DNA of 64,000 nt from assembly GCF_018350175.1 (NCBI RefSeq), contig NC_058368.1, forward strand, positions 140,618,001 to 140,682,000, in the 5' to 3' direction. The translations under genes were made by a program, and so were the position numbers. The notes beneath the pieces are model-generated. The model was not told the DNA's origin. It was given only the letters and a program-made list of their open reading frames with translations, and did no database searches. How positions within the stretch are numbered: the first letter of the stretch is position 1; every line of letters begins with the position of its first letter. The DNA is from Felis catus (Eukaryota). Below are positions 22,750 through 36,411 of this stretch, in pieces.

Positions 22750-22961
22750 TTTTTTTCAACGTTTATTTATTTTTGGGACAGAGAGAGACAGAGCATGAAC
22801 GGGGGAGGGGCAGAGAGAGAGGGAGACACCGAATCGGAAACAGGCTCCAGGCTCCGAGCCATCATCAGCCCAGAGCCCGACGCGGGGCTCGAACTCCCGG
22901 ACCGCGAGATCGTGACCTGGCTGAAGTCGGACGCTTTACCGACTGCGCCACCCAGGCGCCC
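22750..22961 (-). mobile_element. Young SINEC_Fc with 15-bp TSD
   Basis: TSD tatttcacctctttt at 22735-22749 and 22962-22976. Confidence 0.95.
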
Positions 22962-23814
22962 TATTTCACCTCTTTTAAGAATGCATAGCTTAGAGAAAGC
23001 ATGCTGATGTATGGCTTAAGATGCAACACAAACATTTCTTTCGGATCTTTTAGGAGACTTATGGGAGATTTCTTCATTTGTTCCTTACCACAAACATACC
23101 TGACTTTATGTAGACCATTTATTTGACATCTTCAGTTACCTGGAACTAAACGGCATCCCATGGATTAAGCAAAAACACAGTCAAAGTACATGTCTCAAAG
23201 CCTTTGTCCTGGAACTGATTTACTCTGCTCATTGGGGATCTCTTGGGCAGACACTTAGAACCTTTCTATTCTTATATTAGGCTTAACACTAATATGTTTG
23301 GTTGTGTCCCTTCCCAACTCAGAGTACATCAGAAGCTACGAATTACCAGGCAATTAGGTGATTGGGCTGCTCTCTGCAAGCACATAGCAGCAAGAAGAAA
23401 TAGCTGGTGGGGACCGGAGTGGGGGGAAACTAAAAAGCATAAGAGTCTGAGGCCATTCAGTGCAGGAACAAAGAAGTCCAAACAGCTCCTTAGTATTTGA
23501 CAATACTAAAATAATCACTGTGTGATAGCAGAGGATGACAGGAAGGGCTCTTCTAGCAGCTCTCAGCAAACATTAAGCACCTACTGTGTACCAGGGATTA
23601 TGGGTAAAATGATGAGCAGCGTAGAGACTGTTCTCTTAGGGTATTCTCCAAGGGTTTAGATTTTCGTGGGAAAATTAATGGTTCTGTTAAGATGAGTAGT
23701 AAGCTTCAGTTACCTGGAAGATTCACCTGTGGACCCACTGCTTGCATATCAATATTCAATGGTAAATCACAGTTCCACATCCAAGAAATTTGTGCCTTTC
23801 TTATACCCGTCTTT

Positions 23815-23997
23815 TAAAAAAAATTTTAAGTTTATTTATTTTGAGCGAGGGAGGGGTGAAGAGAGAGAATCCTAAGCAGGCTCCTCCCTGTCAGCACAGA
23901 GTCCGATGTGAGGATCGAACTCACGAACTGTGAAACCAGGGCCTGAGCTGAAACCAGGAGTCAGATGCTTAACTGACTGAGCTACCCAGGCGCCCCT
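23815..23997 (-). mobile_element. CanSINE
   Basis: SINE body ending caggcgcccc; imperfect TSD atacccgtctttt / atacccatctttt. Confidence 0.85.
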
Positions 23998-25263
23998 ATA
24001 ATACCCATCTTTTAAGGAACATGGCACTTTACTGGGTTAGATGAAGCTGTCAGGTGTAATTCATGCGAGGATTCTTTGTCATTTGCTTGTTCCTTCTGCT
24101 CCTCTGAGACCACAAAGTTCTCAAACACCAGTACCACATTTGTCCCATCCTAGAAAGCTTTTCTGGAGAAGAGGAAAGGCGGGCTGTTTATCCATTCTTA
24201 TTAGCTCCTGTAAGCACAGAGCATACTGCTGTGTCTTTTGTTCTGCAACAGTTGAAGTTTGCTCCAGAAGTTCTCCTTGATTCTTTATGTGCACCTCCAG
24301 ATTTGCATCACTTTGGTTCCAGATTGTTGAAAGTCAGACTCCATTTTTCTTGCCCCTTCAGTATTCATGTTTGTATGCACATACATGCATAACTTAATGA
24401 CACCAATATGCCAGTTAGCATTTGTATGGTAGAGTTTTTGTGTGTGTGTGGCGGGGGGGGGGGGGTGTTTATAAAAATGTATATCCATCTCTCCTCATTT
24501 CATCAAAACCTTCTGTCTACAAAGCATTTTAACCTGGTTTCTTCCATTGTTGTTCTAGGTTTCTAACTCAGTGGATTTATAGTTTGTAAAAACAGTACTT
24601 TCATTGGTTGGGCCAGAATATTCTCGGCTGGGAATGAAAGGGATAGTAAAGAACTCACCATGTTAACTTTCTTTAGGTAACCAAGAGTTCACTGTAGTTT
24701 GATTTATAGGGAGAAGCAGAAATTTAAAATGGAATAAAATGCTTTCTAAGTCTAAATGGGTTCCAGAATTAAGTTTCTGGACTTGAGTACATATGTCCAT
24801 CAGCCCTACCTGTTGCTTTCCTAGAATATTTGAAGTATACTAGCACCATACAAGAGACTATCAGGATTTTTTATATATCCTAAAATAAATAAATGTCTTC
24901 ATAAGACAAGTTCTCAAATACTGATGGATGACCTATTTGAGGACTGCATATCTACTGCATTTACCACACTCTTATGGATTAGTACAGTGAGTGGAACCTA
25001 GTGCCTTCCCACCACACGAGAGTAGCCTGGAAATGCTATAATTTTTAATAAACTGTGCTCCTGTGGGATCTTGTTCTTCCTACAACCTAAACCGGTAGGT
25101 GAGTTGGTGACAGTCATGGGTATTTGTGGTACTAACTGTGAAAAGGATATAAAGGTTTAATTCCAGTGCATTACTGGAAAAGGCTGAATTACATCTCACC
25201 TTTGCACACCACTAGAATAAGTAGCAGATAACCAGTAACAGAAACTTTGTTCTCGTCATGCAG

Positions 25264-25431
25264 GGGTTACCCTGGTCATCGATGTCAATCAGTGTTTGGA
25301 GAAAGAAAAGCCATGTGATATTTTGTCTCATTTGAAGTCTTCTGTGTCTAATACAAATGACATAATCCCTGAATGTGCTGACAGGTATTATGATGCCCTC
25401 GCGAAGGCAAAAGAGCACAAATCTAAAAGTG
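25264..25431 (+). CDS. IQGAP2: IQGAP2 exon C
   Basis: tgcag|GG...AGT G|gtaagc; 168 nt; (W)VTLVIDVNQCLEKEKPCDILSHLKSSVSNTNDIIPECADRYYDALAKAKEHKSKS. Confidence 0.95.
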
Positions 25432-26775
25432 GTAAGCTTTCTAGTCATTTAGCACTGACTAAATATCATTTTGAATATGATGCTGTCTTGCATCAATATG
25501 TATTGTATTGACTTTAAGACAATTGCTTTCGTATGAACATTTCTATAATATTTTTTTGTATTGGAAAAAATTTTTACATGTGTTTTTCTTTTTTTGTTTT
25601 TTGGAAAAGTCTGATTAGCTTGGTGGCTATGCATGGGTGACATCATAAACTTGAGAAAATACAGCATTTAAGGAGAATTCGCTTTATCTAGTGCTTGCTT
25701 GTTGATCCATTTCTCCAGGGATAGGAAACTGATTTTTTTTACTAATGTTTGTCTCTCTCATTTTTGAAACAAATGGTACATGATTGTGTAATATTTAATA
25801 GTAAGTTTGAAAACGTGGAATAAAATGCAGCGACACTGGTCTCCAAGGGCCCAGCTCAATAACCTTGGCAAATATTTATGCCTGTTCAATCCAATGGTAG
25901 ACCATGATGTGTTAACTTTGTAAAGTATCGTTGAGATCATGAGTCTAATAGTCATTTTTTAGATTTAGAAACTTACATTCATGAGATTTTGGTCAGAAGG
26001 AGACTCTGCCAAACCAGAAGAGGTTAATTTTTGAGAGTCAGTGCACCATTCCTTTAGTAAATTCATACCAAGCACTTCACATCCTATCAGAGATCAAGGT
26101 ATGTCCTGATTCGCAGGCTGGTGTTGATTTACACATCACAGGTCATGTACTTTGCATCTTCAGGAAACTGGCCTCAGAAGTGGAATTGGAGAAAAAAAGG
26201 TTTTCTTAGTTCAACTGGAGGTCTTTCCCGTGGTACCCAATGCACTTGGTGGTTTGTCTGATGTATTTCCAACTCGGAGATTGCACCCTTGAATTCAGCA
26301 AGTTGCCCGTTAATGAAACATGCAGAAGGCTATTGGTCATTCTTTCTTACCTGGCATCTGATCTCTGTTCCCTTCACATATTTTCATCCGGAGTCACTGT
26401 AGTGTCCTCTGCCTCTTCCTTTATGGGGAAAGAGTTGCACAACAGTGTTAATGCCAGGGTTCGTTTCAGTTTCAAATCCATCCTGGCCTAAGCCTAATTG
26501 ATCTTCTACTTGCTCCACTTGCCTCCACTTCCCGTGTGCCATGTTCTGGTGCATACTGTCTTATATCCCCAAATTGCCAATTCAGAAACCTAGGAGTTAT
26601 CTTAGATTCATAATTATTACTTGTGATCATCCTGATTTGGCTGTACAAGGTACTTCTGGTAGGCCAGCATTTCGACACAGCTAACAGCTGTCTGCCCATT
26701 CGCAAAGAGATACATCTCTTTTCCTGGGCAGTGACAAACAGAGAACAGTTGAGGAGCATTTAAAACCAAATAACC

Positions 26776-27000
26776 GGGGTGCCTGGGTGGCTCAGCCGGT
26801 TAAGGGGCCGACTTCGGCTCAGGTCATGATCTCACGGTCCGTGAGTTCGAGCCCTGCATCAGGCCCTGTGCTGACAGCTCAGAGCCTGGAGCCTGTTTCC
26901 GGTTCTGTGTCTCCCTCTCTCTGACCCTCCCCCGTTCATGCTCTGTCTCTCTCTGTCTCAAAAATAAATAAACATTAAAAAAATAATAATTAAAAAAAAA
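26776..27000 (+). mobile_element. Felid CanSINE
   Basis: Full body with A tail; caaataacc on both flanks. Confidence 0.92.
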
Positions 27001-27984
27001 AACAAATAACCAACCACGTTAAAGGGCCTTAAAATTACCCCTGCTTGGTTTTTTTAATCCATTTAAATATTCTGTACAGATATTCACTTTGAACTTTGAT
27101 TTCCTATAAACACAATTAGTCGAGTGCTCACTTGACAGAAGCTGGCTTAGATTGGTCTAGGTCAGAACATTTTTATTTTGGCTTTTGTTGTTGTTGGCTC
27201 TCTGGTCTGGGACCGGAATCATGACCATTCAACAAAATAAATATATTTCTAAATGGGAAGGATAGCCCATGGATTCATGAGGAGGAAATATTCTTCTTGA
27301 CTAAGCCATGGCTGCCATAGATTTTTTTTTCCTAGTGCACCCTTCGCCACCCCCAGACATGAAGTCCTTTCCACATTTTTTTTTCTCATTTTGTGTGGTT
27401 GTGTAGAACACGATGAGTCGAACCAGGACATTTTCCTTCTCCCTACTTAGTGACCATCGTGCTTGCATATGCCAGTTTTTAGTTAGGATAAAGTTGTCTG
27501 CAAAGATGAGTTACTTCTGCTTTGATTTAATGCAGATCATGGGCTTTCCTTAAATAATGGGTCACAGTCTGTATAGGTCACTCCTTCTCAGAGAAATTGC
27601 TGGAAGAGTTGCTAAGCAAAGAAGATTCTTGCCCACCAGTCTCCTCTGACCACTTTGGTGCCATTCACATCTGGGACATACGTTCTTTGTCTACTTTTTC
27701 CTTCTTGATGGCCATTTGTGACTCTTCTCATCCTCGTGAGAAATTTGAGATCCAGAACCATGGCATTACCCGTCAGACTGTCCTCCCCATTTGGCTTAGT
27801 AGAGAGCCCCCATTGAACACATAGAATTCATTCCATTTTAGCAAGTCATTTCTAATGATTTTAACTTAGGCTGTCGGAATGCTTGCTGAAAAATTGTTCA
27901 TTACATTATTTTACATATTGCAGAAAGTATAATGTTGAAGCGTTCAGTATTTCTCTCTAGAATGTAACAAGCTTCTTTCTTTAG

Positions 27985-28127
27985 TGTCTACTGAAGGTTC
28001 ATGGCTCAAACTCACCCTGCAGGATAAATATGACTACTACCACAACATTGATTCAAAAGAGAGTTCCTGGGTCACACCTGAATCATGCTTGCCTAAAGAA
28101 TCATGGCTCATGGCAAAAGAAATTGAG
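27985..28127 (+). CDS. IQGAP2: IQGAP2 exon D (WW domain)
   Basis: tttag|TG...GAG|gtagga; 143 nt; STEGSWLKLTLQDKYDYYHNIDSKESSWVTPESCLPKESWLMAKEIE. Confidence 0.96.
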
Positions 28128-29085
28128 GTAGGAGGTTCGTGTTTAATGCATAACTATGCTCTGAAAAAATAAGTGTGATTGCCTTTCTGTTTTTGAATCA
28201 TGGAAGTGGTGGGAGGAAATAACTTATTTTTTGCAGGCTGGGTATAGAGTAAAGCCGTCATGAATGCAGTTGGATGGGGCTGCATGCCTACTGACTTGTA
28301 CAGTTATTTCCATATTGACATAACACCACCGAAGAGAGCAAAGGGAAGAAAGATATTGTAGCTTATTTGTAATAGTACATTATCCTAAAATTAATCTTCA
28401 CATTTACCTTGACACAAGAGCTCAGTTAGTAGTAATTTCCTGGTTGTCAGTGTTCAGTAATTTCTTTCTTTCCCCCCACAGCCTACCACAGAGATAAGAT
28501 ATGTCCTTTAAAAAGTCAGTAATACTTTCCAGGGGGAAATACTCTTGAAAGGATGTTCACCAAGATTGCTTTGGACTTGAGACCAAAGTTGGACCCAAAA
28601 GATGTGAAAATTGCTGTTTGTTCCATGCATTGTAGTATGTTTAAAGAGAAGATACAAATAAGAATTTAGTTCCATTTTGAAAAAAAAGAACACACAAATG
28701 TAGGTCTTATAAAATTGTTCAAAGTCACCAGCATCAAAGATATTTGCTAAAACTCAGAGAAAAATCTGTGGCCTCGAGGCTGATGATGCCACCAGAAATG
28801 AGTGACAAGAAGACAGTGAAGAAAATGGTTTATTAAGTAATTTCAAACATTGTCAATCATTGTTACAATACATTATCAGTGCTACCTTGCAAATAATGAA
28901 ACTGTGGGCAATATGTAAAAACAATATGCTAGAGTGGAAAAGATGTATCACACTATGAAGAAGCAGCATCAAAGGGTTAAAAATCAGAGCCACAAATTGT
29001 TCCTGTGGCCTCCAAAGATGCCCTAGGAGTAACTTTGTAAAATGGAGCATCATTCTGTTAGGATTATTAAAAAGTGGACGGCTTA

Positions 29086-29235
29086 GGGGCGCCTGGGTGG
29101 CTCAGTCAGTTAAGCATCCGACTTCAGCTCAGGTCATGATCTCACAGTTCATGAGTTCGAGCCCCACATTGGGATCTGTGCTGACAGCTCAGAGCCTGGA
29201 GCCTGCTTCGGATTCTGTGCCTCCCTCTGTCTCTT
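29086..29235 (+). mobile_element. CanSINE lacking its 3' tail
   Basis: ggggcgcctgggtggctcagtcag...ggattctgtgctctccc, then unrelated sequence. Confidence 0.85.
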
Positions 29236-29985
29236 TGTATGATTTCAGTTTTAATTTTTTTAATTAATCATCCGTTGATTCTAGTCACATTGGTAAGAGG
29301 CATCAGCCATAGAAGTGAGTCCAGTCTTGGCTTGCATCTCTCAAAGAACGTAAAAAGCAAACCCAGTTCATCATCTACCTGAGACTTTTCATAGTCCCTC
29401 TCCTTTGTTCTCATTCATCTGGGTTTCGCCTGTCTGGCCAGGGGAACACCTGTCTCTCCTCGCCCACCCCCTTTCCTTCTGTCCAAAATCTTTTATTTTC
29501 CCCCCAAGTTTATTCCGGGCTCCTCCTGGCTTGTTGCAGAGGTCTGCTCTCTGGCCTGGACTAGAAAGGGGGTCTAGGAGCCAGAAGACTTCATGGCCAC
29601 TGCATTCTTTTCCTTGGCAGCCCTGGAGAGGGAGGTGGCAGTGCATATTCATACCATAGTCATCCTTGTCCCTTGTACACTCTGGAGTTCAAGCCTCACA
29701 CTTGGTCCTTGCCAGCATCATTTGTCCATCTCCGCCTCCAGATCCTGAGATCACTCAGCCAGATTCTCCTAGTACCTCAGCACCAAGGTCAGAGGATTTC
29801 AAAAGCACGTCATTAGAAAGAAGCTCAACCAGTTCATCCTTTTGCTCTGGTCAAGTCTGTGCTTAAACCAGGCCAGGAAGAGCCGTCCATATCCTATTTC
29901 TCAAAGATAGACACTCCAGAAGCTATTCTCTTTGCTCGTTTCACCCGATGTGTGAAGTGTAACCGTAAGAAATATCTCTTGCCAG

Positions 29986-30156
29986 GACATTGTTGAGGAA
30001 GTCACAAGAGATTATGTTCGTGAGAAGATGTGGTCTGCTTCTGAAGATTTGCTTCTTCGCTTGGAAGCCACAAGTGCAGGACCCCTTCTTAGGAAAGAGC
30101 ATGAAGCTAGGAAATCATATTTGTATGGACAAGAAGAGCAGGTGGTCAAAATACAG
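29986..30156 (+). CDS. IQGAP2: IQGAP2 exon E
   Basis: gccag|GAC...CAG|gtatgt; 171 nt; DIVEEVTRDYVREKMWSASEDLLLRLEATSAGPLLRKEHEARKSYLYGQEEQVVKIQ. Confidence 0.96.
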
Positions 30157-33100
30157 GTATGTGAATCACCTACTGCTAGTTCCAGCAAACTGTCATATCT
30201 CCTGAAGATGCTTTATTTGATAGTGTGACCGTCAACTACTGGCATTCTAATAAACAAATCAGAGTGCAGATTTTCCGCTTAATCGATGCCCCCAAATCTG
30301 CTTTATTATGTCCGGAGCTGGGAAGGATGTTGAATGATTTTTCAACCATGGAGACTATTAAGGGGCGCTGCGGACCTGCCGAGGTCCACCTGCCACCAAC
30401 CTTGGTGGAGCCAGAGGGACCCCTCAAATCAGAATTGAAATCCTCTTTCTCTAAATTGATCTCCTTGTGTCATCTACTTTCTAAGCCAGGTGTTCTCTGA
30501 ATTGCTTTTTCAGTGGCTGGTGGATGCTGAGTGGTGCTTGTTGGTACACACTTCTAGATAGAGCACAAGAGCTGACGAAATGCTTTTAGCATCTGCAGGC
30601 ATGTCTTCTCCCTCACAGACTCCTCATTGAGTCCTGTCGGAAAAATCCTCCTTTCCGACTGTTTGGTTTTGAGTTGTTCTTCAGCTTGCGGGACTGTCTC
30701 AACTTTCTGGTCGGCAGAGAGCTTCACAAGTGTACATGTTTCTCATTTGTATTCCCCTAGCACCCTCTACGAACCAACATGCTGCCTTCCACAAGGCTGC
30801 ATGTCTTTTTTTGCGTGCATCCAGAATGACACTGTTATTGACAGACAGTATTCAATGGGCTTTTGCTTTGGCCCATAACTGTGAGATTTCCCAAATTGGA
30901 AGTTTTTAGGTTGAAGATTTCTCTTTTGTGATCGTTGGTGTACTTACCTGCTTCCCTCACCTAACTCTAACATCATCCAGGTCAGAAAATAAGTTTCCAA
31001 AATTTGTGTATTCTTGTGTCTTATGTATGATCGGTGCTCAAATAGTCAAATTTGTTCGGAGCTTAAGATGTTAGAAGGAAGACATGATTAATTTTTAGAA
31101 GAAATGTCTCCCACAAACCTGACTGTGAAAGATTTTTTTTCTTTGCTGAACCAGTAAGTTTTCAACTTTATCCCTTCTGTAAGCAAGTGGTAGGCAAAAC
31201 ACACAGGAAGTGACAAAAAAGCCTAAAGATGAAATCCTCTACACTGATGCTGAGGCTCTAATTTTATACAGAATTAAACAGGGTCAGCTGACCTGACAAT
31301 TTGGACCAACCTTAAGCTCTCCAGCCTCAGGGAATGGATCAGTATTGTATTTGGAGGACATTCTGTGGATTGCACGGGTGTAAAATCCATCTGATATTGG
31401 GACCCAGGGCCGAAGTCACAAGAGGGCTTGGGAGAAGAAGGGTGGAAACAATCATCTGGGGCCTTTTGCTTCACCTCAGCAGAGGCAGAGAGATTGAAGC
31501 AGAAGCCATAGAACTATGAAGTCACCTCACCTTGTTTTTGTTTTTCACTCTTCTGACAGTTTTCTAACAAGGAAAGCAGAAGGTCTAGAGGCAAGCTAGA
31601 GACAGACTGGAGATGAACATGTATTCAGTGGAAACTTGCTGACCCACAAAACCAAAAGATCATGAACCAAAGGGTGTTACGCTAATCTCATTTTTTGGCA
31701 ATGTGGCCACTTCACCCTGAATTAGAGAAATGATCTGAAAAGTGAGGACTTCTCCTCCATAGAATGGCTCAACCTTCCTAGCTGGCTGAATCAGCCCCAG
31801 CCACAGTAGTCTTAACACATTCAGAGAGAAAGTTTCCAGGCTGAGGCCAGCCAACCCCAGCTCTAACACCCTCGCTCGGTCTCTTCCCAAGGAACTGGAT
31901 AGTGGTACAGAGAATGTGGTTTCGTTAGCCAGTCCTCTGTCTTGAATACTTACGGAACAATTCAGAAGGTGCCCGAGGTGTCTCCTGAGAAATGCAATGT
32001 CATTCATAAGATTTTTCCCCTCTAGCTAAGTGAGATAACATCTCTCTTTCTCTGCAGAGAGAGAGAGAGAATCTCTTGAGAGCAGCGAGGGAGACATAAC
32101 CATGTTATTTTTGAATGGTAAGAAGGCCCTGGTAACATTGCCTACCTTTACAAATGAGTGAGCCAGAAAACAATCTCAAACAAAAAGAAATACCTTACAT
32201 TGAAAAAAAAAGGAAAATGAATGTAAGTTGGAAAACGTAAATTAAATAAACATTTAAGGATACTCTTACTTGAGGAGGCAAAGGACTTTTTTGTGCTGAA
32301 ACTGTTGTATGCTTTCAAGGAACTTAATAAGGCATGATCTTAGTGAAACAAGACAAAACATTAAAAGAAAAAGATAACTGATACTGAAAGAGAGGAAGAA
32401 AAATAATGACATTGTCAAATGTAAATAAACTTAAAACTGCAGAACGCAGAAGAAACACTGAAAATAACTTCACCACATGGATAACTTCAGAAAAAATCTC
32501 AAAAAAGTTGAGGAAAAGAGTAGATAATTTAAAATGCATGTTCTCATCTGAAAACTGGTAGTAGTCAATTTGTTGCTGGGTTGTGAGAGTTAAATGGGAT
32601 AATTCACGTAACAGGCTTCGCACAGAATGTGGCCATAGGCGCTCGATAGCGTTAGAAATGCTGAGATGACGGAGATGATGTGTCTGAGGGCAGATGATGG
32701 AGTCAACATTGAGACTGTTGGCATGGCACAGGAAGAGGTGAGAAAAACTGAACAGGAAAAAGAGTAGATAGCTATGGTATTCTTTTTTCCTTGAACTGAA
32801 GAAAGCTGGAATGCCAGTTTTTAAGAAAAAGCATAGTAGTGACAAACACCAAAACTTAGCCCTGGGAACTATGGTATTAGTTTTTGAACTTCGGAGAGTG
32901 CCTCAAGCATCCTGGCAGAGAAAAAGGAACAAGCTGCTCTGAAGCACCTTTCAGATTGCCAGGAGCAATAGTGGAGTCTGTAGGTGGAGAGGAAGGGGGT
33001 GACCTGTTGTGACAGTCCTTCATCACGTTATTTCCATGTAAGTGACTACTCTAGTAGATCAGTGGATTTTCTGCCTTTAAGCTGAGAAGGAAAAGAGAGA

Positions 33101-33856
33101 AACGTTTAGAGCCTTCTTGGCTATCCAAGAGATCACACAAGAATTCGTGCTCCAGAAGTTGGAGTTGGTAATTTGACTATTACAGCCCTGGGTGCCCAGT
33201 TACCAAAGAAGGCAGTCAGGTTAGCAAGCAAGATTGTCTAGGGATTGACAGTTACAAAATGTAAAACGGAGCAGTAACCCCGAGGTCTAAATGTTTTGGA
33301 AGACTACTTTGTTATAGATGCATTACATAGAAAACAAATTTATGGTAACAAAAAAACAAAGTTTTACAAAAAGATGGCTCTTTTAAATTTTCCCACAAGT
33401 TCTTCTGCCAGTCAGAGAAGGAGATTGACACTGCAGTAAACACCTTCTATCTCTAATTGTCTGCAAAAAGCAGCTTCTGAAAGGCTTTATAGTTTAGAAT
33501 TTTGTCTTCTTTTGCATTTGCATCAGTAACTCCTTTCTCCCAACCTCATACCCATAATTGCTCTTAATAAACAGCTTCTACTTAGAAGAGCCTGCAATCT
33601 CATAGCCTGGCATAGGATTTCTCTTATTTGCACAGAATAGGAAAAGCCGGTCCTGATGAAACTAAAACTTACAAACTGGAAAAGAATGTGTCATTTTGGC
33701 AAATAAGAGGCATATAGGATTCTGCGTCTATAGATAAAAAATTCTATACCCAACAAAGTTTTCCGTGGTTTGGGAAGGTAACGGTACAATATTCATAAGT
33801 ATAGAAGGATTCCAGAAAAATCTACATAATCGATAGAGAGGTGGAATACACAACGA

Positions 33857-34075
33857 GGGATGCCTGGGTGCCTTAGTCCATTACGCTTCTGAGTCTTGAT
33901 TTCAGCTCATGTCATGATGTCAAGGTTCATGGGATCAAGCCCTGCCTCAGGCTCTGCACTAACAGTGCAGAGCCTGTTTGGAATTCTCTCTCTTTCTCTC
34001 TCTCTGATCCTTCCCCCTGCTCACACATGCAGGCCCATTCTCTTCTCTCAAAGTAAATAATCATTTTTAAAAAAT
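33857..34075 (+). mobile_element. CanSINE, older
   Basis: gggatgcctgggtg...ttgatttcagctcatgtcatgat...(CT)n, A tail. Confidence 0.8.
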
Positions 34076-34150
34076 ACAAAATGAAATCTCAAGGAAAATT
34101 CTGTGGTTGAGCATTGAATCCTTAGTACATCAAACAATAGTACAGAATGT

Positions 34151-34378
34151 GGGGCGCCTGGGTGGCTCAGTCGGTTGAGCGCCCGACTTTCGGCTCAGGT
34201 CACGATCTCACAGTTCATGGGGTTCAGGCCCCATGTTGGGCTGTGTGCTGACAGCTCAGAGCCTGGAGCCTGCTTCAGATTCTGTGATTCCCTCTCTCTC
34301 TGACCCTCCCCTGCTCACACTCTGTCTCTCTCTCTCTGTCTCTCTCAAAAATAAATAAACATTAAAAATTTGTTTTTA
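34151..34378 (+). mobile_element. CanSINE with TSD, inserted in an old L1 ORF2 remnant
   Basis: TSD aatagtacagaatg at 34136-34149 and 34379-34392. The right flank gacaagtgggttcattttacagatgcaagaattcttcaat resembles L1 RT DQVGFIPGMQGWFN. Confidence 0.88.
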
Positions 34379-34880
34379 AATAGTACAGAATGGACAAGTG
34401 GGTTCATTTTACAGATGCAAGAATTCTTCAATATCACATCATCTGTGACTGTGGTAGGTTATCCACAATGTTTGTGAATCTGAGTTAATAAGATTAATAC
34501 TGTTTCTGGAGTTTAGATAATTCCAAAAAAACAGAAGGAAGAACTTGAGCTAATCCCGTATTTTGTTTGCTTTTCAGTTTGGATCAAGGAATGGGATTTA
34601 TAACATATATTTGTGGATTCACACTTCTGTTACCCACAGAAACATAGGAACCACCGTTGAGACTCATCACAACAAATGTGTTACTAGTTAACTTGCCATG
34701 GAATCCAGTAACCCATGGTTAGGGTCCACTTCTCCTAGTCCCTATAGCACAATCAGGCCACTTTTGCAAGCAGGTGTTGATGACATCAAAATCAGTTTTT
34801 CTCATCATTTCAGAAATGCCACACTCACAGATCCCATGGGCATTTTCTAAATGGACCTTCAATTAGAAATCCTTTATTTT

Positions 34881-35910
34881 GAGACACCTGGGTGGCTCAG
34901 TTGGTTGAGCATCCAACTCTTGATTTTGGCTCAAGTCATGATCCCAGGATATTGGGATCCAGCCCCTTGTTAGGCTCCACACTGAGCATGGAGCCTGCTT
35001 AAGATATTCTCTCTCTCTCTCTCTCTCCCTCCCCCTCCCCCTCCCCCCTCAGTCCCTCCCTCTTCCCTCCCTCTACTCCTTTCCCCTGCTTATGCTCTAT
35101 CTCAAAAAAAAAATTTTTTTTTTAAATCGTTCATCTTTGTTTAGATCTTTGTTACTTAAAGTGTAGAGCGTATACCAGCATTGTCATTGCCTGGAAGTCC
35201 CACCCAGACCCACTAAATTCAAATCTCCATTTTGAAATGATCCTCTGATGATTTTGTATACATATTAAAGTTTGAGAAGCTCTGTGAGGGTACCTGGGTG
35301 GCTCAGTCAGAAAAGTGCCCAACTCTTGATTTTGGCTCAGGTCATGATGTCACATTTCATGAATTCAAGCTCCGTGCTGTCAGCTTGAGCCTCTCTCTCT
35401 CCCTCTCTCTCTGCCCCTCCCCCCACTCGTGTGCTCGCTGTCTCTCAAAATAAATAAACTTTAAAAAGTGGAAAGGGCGCCTGGGTGGCGCAGTCGGTTA
35501 AGCGTCCGACTTCAGCCAGGTCACGATCTCGCGGTCCAGGAGTTCGAGCCCCGCGTCGGGCTCTGGGCTGATGGCTCAGAGCCTGGAGCCTGTTTCCGAT
35601 TCTGTGTCTCCCTCTCTCTCTGCCCCTCCTCCGTTCATGCTCTGTCTCTCTCTGTCCCAAAAATAAATAAAAACGTTGGAAAAAAAAAATTTTTTAAAAA
35701 AGTGAGGGACACCTGGGTGGCTCAGTCAGTTGAGCCTCTGACTTCAACTCAGGTCATGATCTCACTGTTGGTGAGCTTGAGCCCAGCATGGGGCTCTGTG
35801 CTGACAACTCAGAGCCTGGAGCCTGTTTCAGATTCTGTGTCTCCCTCTCTCTCTCTGACCCTCCCTCACTCACATTCTGTCTCTCTCAAAAATAAATAAA
35901 TGTTAAAAAA
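34881..35910 (+). mobile_element. Cluster of four + strand CanSINEs (~34881-35110, 35288-35465, 35475-35700 young SINEC_Fc, 35706-35910), with a MER5-like fragment at ~35160-35285
   Basis: Four ctgggtggc(t/g)cag heads, each followed by (CT)n and an A tail; aaaaagtg on both sides of the young copy. Confidence 0.9.
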
Positions 35911-36361
35911 ATATGTTTTTAAATTAAAAATGAGAAACACTGTGAAACTCACTCCACTTTTAAACCCTCAATAATGCATCTTCCTGTATAATTCTGAATC
36001 ATCTCATAGCTTAAAGGAGAAAAACGTGTGCTCATTTCAGTAGCTAGTGCAAAGGCAGCTGATAAAGTTCCAAACCCATTCCTAACATTGCTATAATAAT
36101 TGTGTTGAAGTTTTAGCTTATTTAAGGAGATTGGCATCTTTGCAGTGATGACTTTTCCAGTTCAGTTATCAGTATATCTCCCCCATTTATTAATTTTTCC
36201 CACCATATAGCACAAAATTTACTCCTTCCTCTTTAGTTTACTGCATTGGTTAGTTTTGGCTATTATGAATGTCATCTTTTTATCTATTGTTATTTTTGAC
36301 ATATGGAAAATGTATTAAGTTTAGATATACATTTTATAGCTACTTACTTGGAAGAACTCAG

Positions 36362-36363
36362 TT

Positions 36364-36411
<48 letters not shown>

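Noticed and set aside
32324..32845. 173-aa - strand ORF
   Set aside because: No recognisable domain. It spans A-rich decayed repeat-like sequence and a MIR-like fragment, with composition typical of an antisense chance ORF.
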